The translations under genes were made by a program, and so were the position numbers. The notes under the pieces are model-generated. The model had not been told where the DNA came from, ran no database searches, and saw nothing but the letters and a program-made list of their open reading frames with translations. Shown piece by piece: positions 21,483 to 31,119 of a stretch of 64,000 bases of DNA; position 1 is the first letter of the stretch, and each line of letters begins with the position of its first letter. Source of the stretch: Acidobacteriota bacterium (GTDB taxonomy: Bacteria > Acidobacteriota > Thermoanaerobaculia > Gp7-AA8); NCBI GenBank assembly GCA_019244185.1, contig JAFATB010000019.1, forward strand, positions 160,001 through 224,000, written 5' to 3'.

Positions 21483-22796
21483 ATGGTCAAGAAACCTAAG
21501 CGTTGGGGGAGAGTGGTGCGGAAGCCGCGGGTCTATCTCGCGCTGGCCGTGCCGCTCGCGATCCCGCTGTTCCTCGCCGCCGTGCGCTCGCAGCCGGAGT
21601 TCGGCAATGCCACGGCCGCGTCCGTCGCACCGCTCCCGTTGCGTTATGACGCGCTGCGTCCGTTCCGCACGCAGTTGCCCGAGCACGCGATGCTGCTGAC
21701 GATGGAGCAGGACGACACGCTCGACTCGGTGCTCGTCGACGGCGGGCTCTCCTCGCACGACAGCGCGCTCCTCACGCGCGAGTTCGCGAAGTCGATCGAC
21801 GTCCGCCGTCTGCGGCCCGGCCATCTCCTCCGCTTCCACTACGACGCCGCGAACCGCGTCGACAGCGTGCAGATGAAAGTCACCGGCTGGGGCGAGATCG
21901 GCGCGCTGCGCAGCGGCGACGGCTTTTCCGTCAGCCCGCATCCCGCGTTGCCGCACAGCGTCGAGACGACCGTCTCCGCCGTCATCGACACCTCCCTCTA
22001 CGATGCGCTGCGCGGCAGCGGCGAGAACCCGGCGCTCGTGCAACAGCTCGTCGACATCTTCCAGTGGGACATCGACTTCTTCGAGCTGCATCGCGGCGAC
22101 GCGTTCAGCCTCGTCGTGACGAAGAATTACGTCGGCGGCGATCTCGTCGGCTACGGCCCCGTCACCGCCGCGCGCTTCACGCACAAGGGCACGACGTACG
22201 AGGCGTTCCGCGACGCGACGCCCGGCGGCGGCCCCGGCTACTACGCGCGCACCGGCACGCCGCTGCGCAAGCAGTTCCTCAAGGCGCCGCTCAAGTTCAC
22301 GCGCATCACGTCCGGATTCAGCAAGCACCGCTTTCATCCCGTGCTGAAGTATTTCCGTCCGCACAACGGCATCGACTACGGCGCGCCGATCGGCACGCCG
22401 GTGATGACGACCGCCGACGGCGTCGTCGTCGAGGCGCGCTACAGCCCGGGCGAAGGCAACTTCATCCGCGTGCGTCACAGCTCGCGCTACGACACGTACT
22501 ACCTCCACCTCTCGCGCTTTGCGAAAGGTTTGAAGCGCGGCACGCGCGTGGCGCAGGGCGACGTCATCGGTTACGTCGGCATGACCGGCCTTGCGACGGG
22601 GCCGCATCTCGATTACCGCGTGACCGACGGCGGCCACTGGCTGAATCCTCTGAATCTGAAATCCATCACGCCTGATCCGCTGGGCGGCGACGCGCTGCGG
22701 CGCTTCCGCGCCGAAGTCGCGCGCCTCACGCCGAAGCTCAGCGAGCCGGCGCGCGAGCTCGCGGAAAAAGCGGTGCAGCAGCGGGCACTCTTCTAG
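21483..22796 (+). CDS. M23 murein DD-endopeptidase (MepM/OapA-like)
   Basis: N-terminal anchor; HNGIDY, YLHL and GPHLDY motifs. Confidence 0.92.
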   Translation: MVKKPKRWGRVVRKPRVYLALAVPLAIPLFLAAVRSQPEFGNATAASVAPLPLRYDALRPFRTQLPEHAMLLTMEQDDTLDSVLVDGGLSSHDSALLTREFAKSIDVRRLRPGHLLRFHYDAANRVDSVQMKVTGWGEIGALRSGDGFSVSPHPALPHSVETTVSAVIDTSLYDALRGSGENPALVQQLVDIFQWDIDFFELHRGDAFSLVVTKNYVGGDLVGYGPVTAARFTHKGTTYEAFRDATPGGGPGYYARTGTPLRKQFLKAPLKFTRITSGFSKHRFHPVLKYFRPHNGIDYGAPIGTPVMTTADGVVVEARYSPGEGNFIRVRHSSRYDTYYLHLSRFAKGLKRGTRVAQGDVIGYVGMTGLATGPHLDYRVTDGGHWLNPLNLKSITPDPLGGDALRRFRAEVARLTPKLSEPARELAEKAVQQRALF

Positions 22797-22815
22797 CAAA
22801 ATCGGGCCTCCATCT

Positions 22816-24678
22816 ATGAACAAGGTCACCGTCCGGGCGCCGGTGCGCGCCGATCTCGCTGGTGGAACTCTCGACCTCTGGCCGCTGTATCTGTTCCATC
22901 CCGGTTCGCGCACGGTGAACGTCGCGATCTCGTTCTACGCCGAATCCGAGGTCTCGGAGACCGGCGACGGCGCGATCGAGATCCACCTCACCGACCAGCA
23001 GTACAAGCAGCGCTATGAATCCGTGCAGGAGATGGGCGCCGATCCGAAAGCGGCGCTGCTCCATCGCGCGGTCGAGCACTTCAAGCTCTCCGGCGTCCGC
23101 ATCACCACCCGGACCGACGCACCGCGTGGCTCCGGCCTCGGCGGCTCGTCCGCGCTCGCCATCACGCTCGTGCGCGGGCTCTCCGAGCTCGCCGGACAAC
23201 CGGTCGACGGCGAGGACCTCATCTTCCTCGTGCGCGATCTCGAGACGCGCCTGCTGCACGTTCCCGCCGGCATTCAGGATTACTACCCGCCGGTCTTCGG
23301 CGGCCTCGGCTCGCTGCATCTCAATCCCGGCAAGCCCGCGCGCCATCCGCTGCAGACCTCCGCGCACGACCTCGGCGCGCACATGCTGCTGCACTACACC
23401 GGCATTGCGCACTTCTCCGGCACGAACAACTGGGAGCTCTACAAGCGCCACGTCGACGGCCGCAAGAAAGTGCAGAAAGGCTTCGCGAACATTGCCGAGA
23501 CCGCGATCGAGATGGAGCGCGCGCTCGACGCCGGCAACTACGAGGCCGCGGGCGCCGCTCTGCGGAAAGAATGGCTGCATCGCAAGGCGCTCATCGAAGG
23601 CATCACCACGCCCGAGATCGACGCCGCGATCGAAGCCGCGGAAAACGCCGGCGCGTGGGGCGGCAAAGTGTGCGGCGCCGGCGGCGGCGGCTGCATCGTG
23701 TTTCTCTTCCCGCCCGAGCGGCGCGAAGCGATCGCGCAGGCGCTGGCGACAGTGCCGGGCCGCGTCCTCGACGCGATTCCGGTCGCACACGGGATGACAG
23801 TCGAGAACGACCGCGGCGCGCAGGCGGTCGCACCATCGCGCGTGCGGCGTCCGGCGCGCGGCGGCGAAACGCTGGAGCAACTCTACGTCTCCGGCGGCGA
23901 AGGCAAATACCGGCCGTACATCCTCGCGGAAGGAATCGTGACGCATACGGAAGGGCGGAGCGGCTTCCATCAGTCGACCGTGCGTTCGTACGTCGCGCCG
24001 ATCGCGCCGCAGGACGGGCGCGTGCTGTGGCAGCAGGCGTCGCAGATCGACCCGGAGCGCCTCGACATCCGCGCGGTACCCGATCCGTCGCACACGACCG
24101 ACCTCGCCATTAGCCCCGAGGCGCTCATGCAGAACGCGAGGCAGGCGGAGGAAGGGTTCCGCCAGTTCCTCGCCGCGAACGGCAAGACGCAGATCTTCCA
24201 CAACCCGGCGTTCGGCTTCTACTCCGAGCCGAACGAAACGCGCGAGGCGTTCCTCGTCCGCTGCAACGAGGAGGCGAAGCGCCGGCTCGAAGACCAGCAG
24301 GAGCGCCTCGAGTCGACGTTCCGCCGTCGCTTCGATCAGCTGCGCGAGCGGAGCGAACGCGAACAGCGCGAGCTCGAGGCGAATGAGGAAGGTCCGCGCG
24401 ACGAAAAGCAGGACGTGAACGTCGCGTGGGGACAGGCGCTCTACAACCTCACCAGCGGCAAACCCGCCGCCGTCGCCGAGCCGGGCGTCTCGTCCGTGCG
24501 CGAAACCGACTACCTCGACAACATCGCCCAGATGCAGCGCGCCTGGGACCGCGAGCTCGACGCCCTGCGCGAAGACCTGCAGTCGAAAGCCCGCGCCATC
24601 GAAGACATCTCCATCATCCCGACGGAGCGCAACATCGAGGTGACGCGCTACCTGATCCTCTGGGCCGCCGCCCTGTAG
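22816..24678 (+). CDS. GHMP kinase (HddA-like) fused to an about 290-aa C-terminal domain
   Basis: APVRADLAGG, PRGSGLGGS, GIQD and KVCGAGGGG motifs; extra coiled-coil-containing C-terminus. Confidence 0.85.
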   Translation: MNKVTVRAPVRADLAGGTLDLWPLYLFHPGSRTVNVAISFYAESEVSETGDGAIEIHLTDQQYKQRYESVQEMGADPKAALLHRAVEHFKLSGVRITTRTDAPRGSGLGGSSALAITLVRGLSELAGQPVDGEDLIFLVRDLETRLLHVPAGIQDYYPPVFGGLGSLHLNPGKPARHPLQTSAHDLGAHMLLHYTGIAHFSGTNNWELYKRHVDGRKKVQKGFANIAETAIEMERALDAGNYEAAGAALRKEWLHRKALIEGITTPEIDAAIEAAENAGAWGGKVCGAGGGGCIVFLFPPERREAIAQALATVPGRVLDAIPVAHGMTVENDRGAQAVAPSRVRRPARGGETLEQLYVSGGEGKYRPYILAEGIVTHTEGRSGFHQSTVRSYVAPIAPQDGRVLWQQASQIDPERLDIRAVPDPSHTTDLAISPEALMQNARQAEEGFRQFLAANGKTQIFHNPAFGFYSEPNETREAFLVRCNEEAKRRLEDQQERLESTFRRRFDQLRERSEREQRELEANEEGPRDEKQDVNVAWGQALYNLTSGKPAAVAEPGVSSVRETDYLDNIAQMQRAWDRELDALREDLQSKARAIEDISIIPTERNIEVTRYLILWAAAL

Positions 24679-24742
24679 CCGCGGAATACCGATCCGCTCG
24701 ATTCGTTAGCACACCGCGCGCGTGATAGCATCCCGCGCGAGT

Positions 24743-24819
24743 CGGGCAGTAGCGCAGCCTGGTAGCGTACCTGAATGGGGTTCAGGTGGTCGGGGGTTCA
24801 AATCCCCCCTGCCCGACCA
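24743..24819 (+). tRNA. tRNA-Pro(GGG)
   Basis: CGGGCAG/CTGCCCG acceptor stem plus ACCA; anticodon arm CCTGA-ATGGGGT-TCAGG; T-loop TTCAAAT. Confidence 0.97.
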
Positions 24820-25002
24820 AACACAACCCCAAAGCCCCCAACAACTTAGCTCCCACCCCTCTCTTCGACGCTCACGCCGAATCGGGCTCCGTGCCTGGTT
24901 GCGCGCCTAGTGACGTTTCCGCGTCTGCAGCCCCTTCGACTTCGTCGGAGTCGGACGATCTCGACGCCGCGGCTGCGACGATCCCCAACAAGGAGAACAT
25001 CG

Positions 25003-25218
25003 ATGAAGAAGGACTTTGTCCCCCGGCACATCCTCGCCGAGGAGCTCGGCGTGCACACGCAGACGATCGCGAAATGGGAGCGGGACGGCTGGTTCCCGCA
25101 GCCCGAACACCGGATCTCGGATCGCCTGATCCTCTACCGCCGGTCGTCCGTGGACGAGGCGATCGCGGAACGGCGCGCTCGCCAGGTGATGCGCCGCCCT
25201 CCGCGCCGCGTGGCGTAA
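25003..25218 (+). CDS. Excisionase/AlpA-like HTH protein
   Basis: AGGAGA RBS; LAEELGVHTQTIAKWERDGWFPQP HTH. Confidence 0.85.
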   Translation: MKKDFVPRHILAEELGVHTQTIAKWERDGWFPQPEHRISDRLILYRRSSVDEAIAERRARQVMRRPPRRVA

Positions 25219-25262
25219 CGCCGAAGAAGCGACTCAAGCTTCGGCGTATCGCCCGCGGGCTC

Positions 25263-26471
25263 TTGTACGACAACACCACACGCACCGCGAAGCTCTCGGT
25301 TTACGTCCTTGGCGGCAAGGGCGAGCGGCGCGTTCGCCGCACACTTCACAACGTCTCGGCCGAAGAGGCGGAGCGAGCGATGGCGACGTTCCGCGAGCGC
25401 GTCAATCGCGAGCCCGCGCAACCGCCGCCGCTCATCGCGCCGACGTTTGAGGAGTTCTACGACCGGTACTTTCCTCTCATCGTCGAAGGTCTTTCACCTT
25501 CGACCGCGAAGGACTATCGGCTCGTCGCCGAGCGGTGCCTGTTGAAACGCTTCGGATCGTGGCGGCTGTCGGACATCACGGCTGGCGCGGTGAACCTCTG
25601 GATTCGCGAACTGAAGTTGGAACGGCGGGCGGCCGGCAAACGGCCGCTCGCCGGCGCCACGATCAACGGCTACGCGAACATCCTCCGCGCGCTCGTGAAC
25701 TATGCCGTCCGCTTCGACGTGCTGGAGGAGAGCCCGTTCAAGAAGCGACTCGAACGCGAGAAGGTGAACCGCCCGAAGAACGAGCTGTCCGACCGCGAGT
25801 GCGCGGCGTTCCTCGCCGCGTTCGACGATCGAGAGGCGTTCGTGGCCGACCTACGCGCCAAGTACCGACGCGGTGAGGTCGTGCCATGCGAGCGCTACCC
25901 GACCCCGCGCGTCTTCGGCGGCAGCCGCCGCTGGGACAGCGAGGCGGCAAACGACATCTGGGAGCACTTCCACGCGCTCAAGCCGTTCTTCATCGTCGCG
26001 CTCACCACCGGCCTCCGGCTCGGCGATCTCTGTCGCCTGACGTGGAAGGACGTCCGCTGGACCGAGGGCTGGATTCAGCTCGTCATGGAGAAAACGGAGC
26101 GCGAGGTCGTCGTCCCGATCAGCGCCGCGTGCGAGGCCGCCCTCAAAGAGTGCCGCGCACGTCCCGTCGTCGGGGAGCTCGTCTTCGTCGATGAAGTCGG
26201 CGCGCCGCTCTCCGTCACCCGCATCCGCCGCGGCTTCGCGCTCGCGAAGAAGCTCGCCGGCATCACGCGCAAAGTTCGCTTCCACGACCTCCGGCACACC
26301 TACGGCTCCTCGCTCGCGTCCGACGGCTTATCGCTCGCCATCATCGGCAAAGTCATGGGTCACGCGAGCCAGATCACCACGGCTCGCTACGCACGCCCCG
26401 ATACGCGCGTCTTCGAGGCCGTTCGAGAAGCCCTCGACCGCCGCCACGGCGGCAGCTCGGATCGCCGATGA
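25263..26471 (+). CDS. Tyrosine integrase (start uncertain)
   Basis: PTFEEF, core-binding helices, TGLRLGD, FHDLRH and MGH...TARY motifs. Confidence 0.93.
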   Translation: MYDNTTRTAKLSVYVLGGKGERRVRRTLHNVSAEEAERAMATFRERVNREPAQPPPLIAPTFEEFYDRYFPLIVEGLSPSTAKDYRLVAERCLLKRFGSWRLSDITAGAVNLWIRELKLERRAAGKRPLAGATINGYANILRALVNYAVRFDVLEESPFKKRLEREKVNRPKNELSDRECAAFLAAFDDREAFVADLRAKYRRGEVVPCERYPTPRVFGGSRRWDSEAANDIWEHFHALKPFFIVALTTGLRLGDLCRLTWKDVRWTEGWIQLVMEKTEREVVVPISAACEAALKECRARPVVGELVFVDEVGAPLSVTRIRRGFALAKKLAGITRKVRFHDLRHTYGSSLASDGLSLAIIGKVMGHASQITTARYARPDTRVFEAVREALDRRHGGSSDRR

Positions 26472-26757
26472 CGCCACACACCCCTGAAAGGAAGGCTCCA
26501 GCATGCACGCACAACCTGTCCGGTCACCCCTCCGGTTCTACGACTGGAGGGGTTCCGTCTCCTGCTCGTATCGTCGGCTTCCCGGTAGCTCGCAGAGATC
26601 GCAGTACTTCCGCGATGCAGCGACGCCCGATGCCGCTGTGGTTTCTCTCACGACTTACCCCATCCCGCCGCCCCACCGTCCGCGCGACAGCCGCTCTCCC
26701 GCGTGTAGACCGCACGCCCACCATCCGCCACCGAGATACAATTCATTGAGGCTCCCT

Positions 26758-27675
26758 ATGCAGCAGACCGCGCTCGCTTTTCATGATGCCGAGGACTTCC
26801 TCCGCGGCGTCTCTCCGCTCCGCGAGCTCGGCGCGTACGAGTGGCTCTGGTCGCAACCGGGAGCGACCTTCAAGACGCTCGCGAACAAGTTCCGCGCACA
26901 ACCGGAGAAGCGTCCCTCCGACTTCGTTCCGGCGGAGATCGCGGACGCCACCGCCGCCGAGGTGCAACACATCCTCGCCGCACGCGGCGTCCCGCACTTC
27001 GGCGTGCAGCTCCGTCAGAGTTACGAGTGCCCGCAGGCACTCCGCGACACCCGGCACCCGCTGGAGATGCTCTACTACCTGGGCACCTGGAACTTCATCG
27101 AGTCGGATGCCGTCGCCGTCGTCGGCACCCGGAAGGCATCCCCCGATGCGCTCGCGGAAACGGACGCCCTCGTGCGCGCGCTCGTCGCCGAAGATTGGAC
27201 CATCGTCTCCGGCCTCGCGGAGGGCATCGACACGCAGGCCCACACCTCCGCGATCGATGCCTCCGGCCGCACCATCGCGGTGATCGGCACGCCCATCTCC
27301 GAGATCTACCCGCGCGCGAACGCGGAGCTGCATGCGCGCATCGCACGCGACTTCCTCGTCGTGAGCCAAGTCCCCGTGCTCCGCTCCTCGCAGCAGTCGT
27401 GGATGCAGAACCGCGCCTTCTTCCGCGAGCGGAACATCACCATGGCCGCGCTCACGCAGGCGAGCATCATCGTGGAAGCCGGCGAGATGTCGGGCGCTCG
27501 CATCCTCGCGCGCGCTGCGGTGGAACTCGGCCACCCGCTCTTCATCCTCGATCGCTGCTTCCGCGACCCCGCGGCCCGCTGGTCGCACGCCTTCGTCGAG
27601 GAGCACGGTGCCGTCCGCGTCCGCGACCACGCCGAGGTGCTGGAGGCCCTCCGGGGTGTTCATCGCAGTCGATGA
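26758..27675 (+). CDS. DprA/Smf-family protein
   Basis: AVVGTR, IVSGLAEGIDTQAH, FFRERN and IVEAGEMSGA motifs. Confidence 0.9.
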   Translation: MQQTALAFHDAEDFLRGVSPLRELGAYEWLWSQPGATFKTLANKFRAQPEKRPSDFVPAEIADATAAEVQHILAARGVPHFGVQLRQSYECPQALRDTRHPLEMLYYLGTWNFIESDAVAVVGTRKASPDALAETDALVRALVAEDWTIVSGLAEGIDTQAHTSAIDASGRTIAVIGTPISEIYPRANAELHARIARDFLVVSQVPVLRSSQQSWMQNRAFFRERNITMAALTQASIIVEAGEMSGARILARAAVELGHPLFILDRCFRDPAARWSHAFVEEHGAVRVRDHAEVLEALRGVHRSR

Positions 27676-28282
27676 TCTCCTCCGCCCGCTCTACCCACAT
27701 CTCACCGCCGCCGACCAGTGCTACTTCCTGCGCGAGTACACGGCGGGTCGCGGCTATGCCGGCAGTGAGACAAACCAGCTCATCCTGAACCTGAAGAAGC
27801 CGCCCGACCGGCGTGGCACGCCGGAGTGGCGCTACAAGGAGCGCGCGATCCAGCAGATCGCCCGCGAGTTTCGGGAGTCCGTGAATCTCGCGGCGCTCCG
27901 CCGCATCACGCTCGTCCCCATGCCGCCATCGAAGGCCAAAGGGGATCCGCTGTACGACGACCGCATGCTCCGGGTGCTCCGCGCGGTCGACGTCGAAGGC
28001 CAGCTCGACATCCGCGAGCTGCTCCTCGCCGTCGAGAGCATGACGGCCGCGCATGCGACCGAGAGACGGCCCACCGTCGATCAGCTCATGGCGAACTTCG
28101 TCGTCGACGACGCCCTCGCTGTTCCTCTGCCCCGTACCATTGCGCTCGTCGATGACGTACTCACGACCGGCGCGCACTTCGTCGCGGCGAAGGAGGTGCT
28201 CACCGTGCGTTTCCCAAGCGTCCCCGTCCGTGGGGTCTACGTCGCGCGGAGGGTGTTCGATGATCCTCCCTCGCGGCCCTAG
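27656..28282 (+). CDS. Phosphoribosyltransferase-fold protein partnering DprA
   Basis: GTG after GGAGG overlapping the dprA end; LVPMPPSK and IALVDDVLTTGAHF PRPP motif. Confidence 0.88.
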   Translation: MFIAVDDLLRPLYPHLTAADQCYFLREYTAGRGYAGSETNQLILNLKKPPDRRGTPEWRYKERAIQQIAREFRESVNLAALRRITLVPMPPSKAKGDPLYDDRMLRVLRAVDVEGQLDIRELLLAVESMTAAHATERRPTVDQLMANFVVDDALAVPLPRTIALVDDVLTTGAHFVAAKEVLTVRFPSVPVRGVYVARRVFDDPPSRP

Positions 28283-28330
28283 CGTCGCGCGCTGGCCATC
28301 ACGTTTTATTCGTCCGTCGTTCTGTGATGC

Positions 28331-28359
28331 TGCCTGCCATCCCGAGAGGATGGCAGGCA
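28331..28359. terminator. 12-bp hairpin after the PRTase gene
   Basis: TGCCTGCCATCC-CGAGA-GGATGGCAGGCA. Confidence 0.55.
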
Positions 28360-28410
28360 TGTTCGCTCTCGTTTCTCGACGCATTGCCCCCACCCGTGTA
28401 TGGTCAGGCC

Positions 28411-28941
28411 ATGAGGCGCTTGCTGCTGTTCTCCATCCTCGCTCTCGCGCTGGCGCTCCCTTCGCGGGGAGTCGCGGCCACTTCATCCGTTCCCCGGGTA
28501 GAGTTCCTCCGCGACCTCGCGCTTGTGCGCGGCTTCGCGCCGTCTCCGGGCGCCACCGCGACTTGCTTCAGCGATGTCGTAGCCACCGATGAGGACGCGA
28601 CATTCCTGTGCACCGCCAAAGCCGGAGCGTGGGTTCGTGGCTATAACGACGGGGCATTCCGTCCGACCGCCCCCGTCACCCGCGCCGAAGCAGCTGTCAT
28701 GATCGCGAACCTCTTCACGACGTGCCCGCTTCGGCACCGAACGACTACCGCGGATATCGCGCATCACGCGGAGCGTGATCGTATCGAGATTGCGCTCTCG
28801 CATGAGTGGCTGATGCAGCGCGGTGGCCGCTTCGAGCCCGCTCAATCGCTCACGCAGAGTGAGGCCCTCCAGGCGCTGTCGCAACTTGCACGGGCGGTCG
28901 CTGACAGCAACCCGGACGCCTCCTCCTGCTACCTCCAGTAA
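28411..28941 (+). CDS. Secreted S-layer homology (SLH) domain protein
   Basis: Signal peptide; FSDV...GYNDGAFRPTAPVTRAEAAVMI and a second FEP...LT.SEA repeat. Confidence 0.85.
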   Translation: MRRLLLFSILALALALPSRGVAATSSVPRVEFLRDLALVRGFAPSPGATATCFSDVVATDEDATFLCTAKAGAWVRGYNDGAFRPTAPVTRAEAAVMIANLFTTCPLRHRTTTADIAHHAERDRIEIALSHEWLMQRGGRFEPAQSLTQSEALQALSQLARAVADSNPDASSCYLQ

Positions 28942-28950
28942 CGGTCGACG

Positions 28951-30198
28951 CTATTCCGGCGTCGCCGTTACGTCATCGATTCGGAACCATGTGGCGAACG
29001 CGGCGTCGTTCGATGCTTCGAACCGCAGTTTCACTGACTTTCCCCCGAGTCCGAAGACCCGGACCGCCTGTTCGGCGTACGACAGCGGTACGTCAAATCC
29101 GAGGGGCTTAGTCGGACGTTCATTTGTGAACCGCCCGATTGTCATGAGCTCGCCGCCGGTCGCGGCGTCGATCAGTGCTACGCGCAGTACATCGTAAGGA
29201 TACGCCGCCGTCTCCTCCGTCAGCACGGAGGCGTAGTACCGCACTAGCACACTCGCACTTCCAGCCGGCACGACGAAGGGGCGCGATTCCACCCACTGGA
29301 CGCTGTTTCGCTCCGCGCCGAGGTAAAGATACGCCGCGCTGCCGTTCCTGCCCCACGTCCCTCCGCCACGCAACACAGCGAAATCGGTTCCGCGGTAGTA
29401 CGTGCGAGTCCACGAGCCGTCCGCCGCCGCGTTCGTGGGGGCGAGAATCCTTTCGAAGTTGCCGTTAATCACGAGCGGCGACGTCGACGGGACGTTGTCG
29501 GACACGAACGTCCGGCCGCCCACCATCGCGTCGTCCAAGCTCGGCCGCATCGCGTCGTCAATGCCGTCCCCCTTGCTCTCATAGTCCTGGAACCCGGCCA
29601 AGTCCGTTCGACGCAGACGCAGACGGTTGATCCCTTGCGTGTGCGAGTCTGGGGTGTTACCGGTGCCGAAGACGTGAAAGTGCAGGTGGACGGACCAGGC
29701 GGATTCGGAGTTATTGCCGCTGCCGCCAGCGTTCGCGACGATGTCGCCAGTGTGGACGATCGCGCCCCCTGTCCGATACGCGGGCTTGATGTCCGACAGG
29801 TGCATCAGCACGAGGAGAAACGATTTTCCGTTCGACCCCGGCACCCGGATGTGCAGTTGCCGCCCGCCCATGCCCGTCGTATCCATCTTCGCCGTAACTA
29901 CCGTTCCATCGGCTGGAGCCAGCACGTCGAAGTTCTTCGCGGCGCCCGTCGCGTCGCGCTGCACGATGTCTAGCGCGTACGTGTTCTCCCACTGCGTATT
30001 GCTGGGATCGACCGACCGCTGCCCGGCGACGTTGTGCGACGTCGCCCCATGATTGCCCTGCGTGATGATCGCGGATCCCTGCCACGGCGCGTGGAGCAGC
30101 GGCTGATCGGAGGATGTCTGCACGGGCGTCTGTGCGGATGCTGCTGCGGCAACGACGAGCACAATGGCGCCTACCGCCATTCTGTTGAGACGGGTCAT
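28951..30198 (-). CDS. Secreted M23-like peptidase with C-terminal jelly-roll domain
   Basis: Signal peptide; ALDI, VLAPADGTV, LMHL and VHLHFH motifs; C-terminal INGNFE...FRIDDV domain. Confidence 0.75.
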   Translation of the reverse strand: MTRLNRMAVGAIVLVVAAAASAQTPVQTSSDQPLLHAPWQGSAIITQGNHGATSHNVAGQRSVDPSNTQWENTYALDIVQRDATGAAKNFDVLAPADGTVVTAKMDTTGMGGRQLHIRVPGSNGKSFLLVLMHLSDIKPAYRTGGAIVHTGDIVANAGGSGNNSESAWSVHLHFHVFGTGNTPDSHTQGINRLRLRRTDLAGFQDYESKGDGIDDAMRPSLDDAMVGGRTFVSDNVPSTSPLVINGNFERILAPTNAAADGSWTRTYYRGTDFAVLRGGGTWGRNGSAAYLYLGAERNSVQWVESRPFVVPAGSASVLVRYYASVLTEETAAYPYDVLRVALIDAATGGELMTIGRFTNERPTKPLGFDVPLSYAEQAVRVFGLGGKSVKLRFEASNDAAFATWFRIDDVTATPE

Positions 30199-30377
30199 CG
30201 AGGTCTCCTGCGCGGTTATTTTGAGTTATCAACCACAGAACGGCAGGATGTGTTCCTCCAGCTAGAGCCAATGGTTACGCCTCCACTTCGACCGGCTCCG
30301 CGTTGCGCCGCCCCGTCCGCGTGACAGTTCCACCTGCGCCGCGCTTGAGCGCTCGCGGCTGAAAGGAACTGCTTACG

Positions 30378-30808
30378 ATGACTACAACTGTTACTGCTCT
30401 TTCGCTGTCGCCTCCGGAGAAGCGACAGGCGTTTTCCCGTCTACGCCTCACCGCCTGCGCCTTTTCGGCGCCGCGGTCGGAGGTGTCCTCATCACGGCCT
30501 GTGGCCAGACGCCAGGCACTGACACCGGACGGCTGTATGTCTTCAGTCTCACTCCGAGCATCATCACGCTTTGTCTCCTCGGAGCGCTGTTCGTCCTCGT
30601 CGGCGTCGCCGCCGGCACCCTCGGCGCGCTCCACGTTCTGCGGAATGCGGATACGACGATCGTTCGGCATCAGCGATCCGTGCTCACACGGGTCTTCCAA
30701 GCGTCGCAGCAGCTGCAACTCGCCGTCGAGGAGAGCGTCGCCGAGGCCCACCGCCGCGTCGACGCGCTCCGCGCGCAGCTTGCGCGCATGCAGGAGACGA
30801 CGCGATGA
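30378..30808 (+). pseudogene. TM plus coiled-coil protein with a probable frameshift near its 5' end
   Basis: The frame ending at TGA 30808 (ATGA overlap with the next gene) reads LYVFSLTPSIITLCLLGALFVLVGVAAG...RVDALRAQLARMQETTR but has no canonical start. The RBS-preceded ATG at 30378 is in another frame. Confidence 0.55.
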
Positions 30809-31119
30809 CCCGCAAGGCATCTACCGCCCTCGTTACTCGCACTACCGCTGATCTCGTGCCGGCGCGCGCCCTCGACACCTCCGTCACCGCTGCCGCGCAA
30901 CGCGTGATCGGCGCAGCCGGCGACGGGTCGCTCCGCCCGCGCCACGCGAAGCAACTCCGCAAGATCATGGAGGAGGTCGCGCCCGTGGTCGACAACTTCG
31001 TTCGCATCGCGGAGCGTGGCAATCAGCTCGCGCGATCGAGCGCACAACTCGCGCACGACGTCGAGCAACTCGCGACCGCCGTCGACGACTTTGCGACCAA
31101 GCGCGCTGAAACGCGGTGA
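30805..31119 (+). CDS. Helical hypothetical protein
   Basis: GGAG RBS; ATGA and GTGA coupling on both sides. Confidence 0.65.
   Translation: MTRKASTALVTRTTADLVPARALDTSVTAAAQRVIGAAGDGSLRPRHAKQLRKIMEEVAPVVDNFVRIAERGNQLARSSAQLAHDVEQLATAVDDFATKRAETR

Noticed and set aside
24786-25262. N-terminal extension of the integrase as given in the ORF track
   Set aside because: Starts inside the tRNA, overlaps the RBS-supported xis gene, and is low-complexity.
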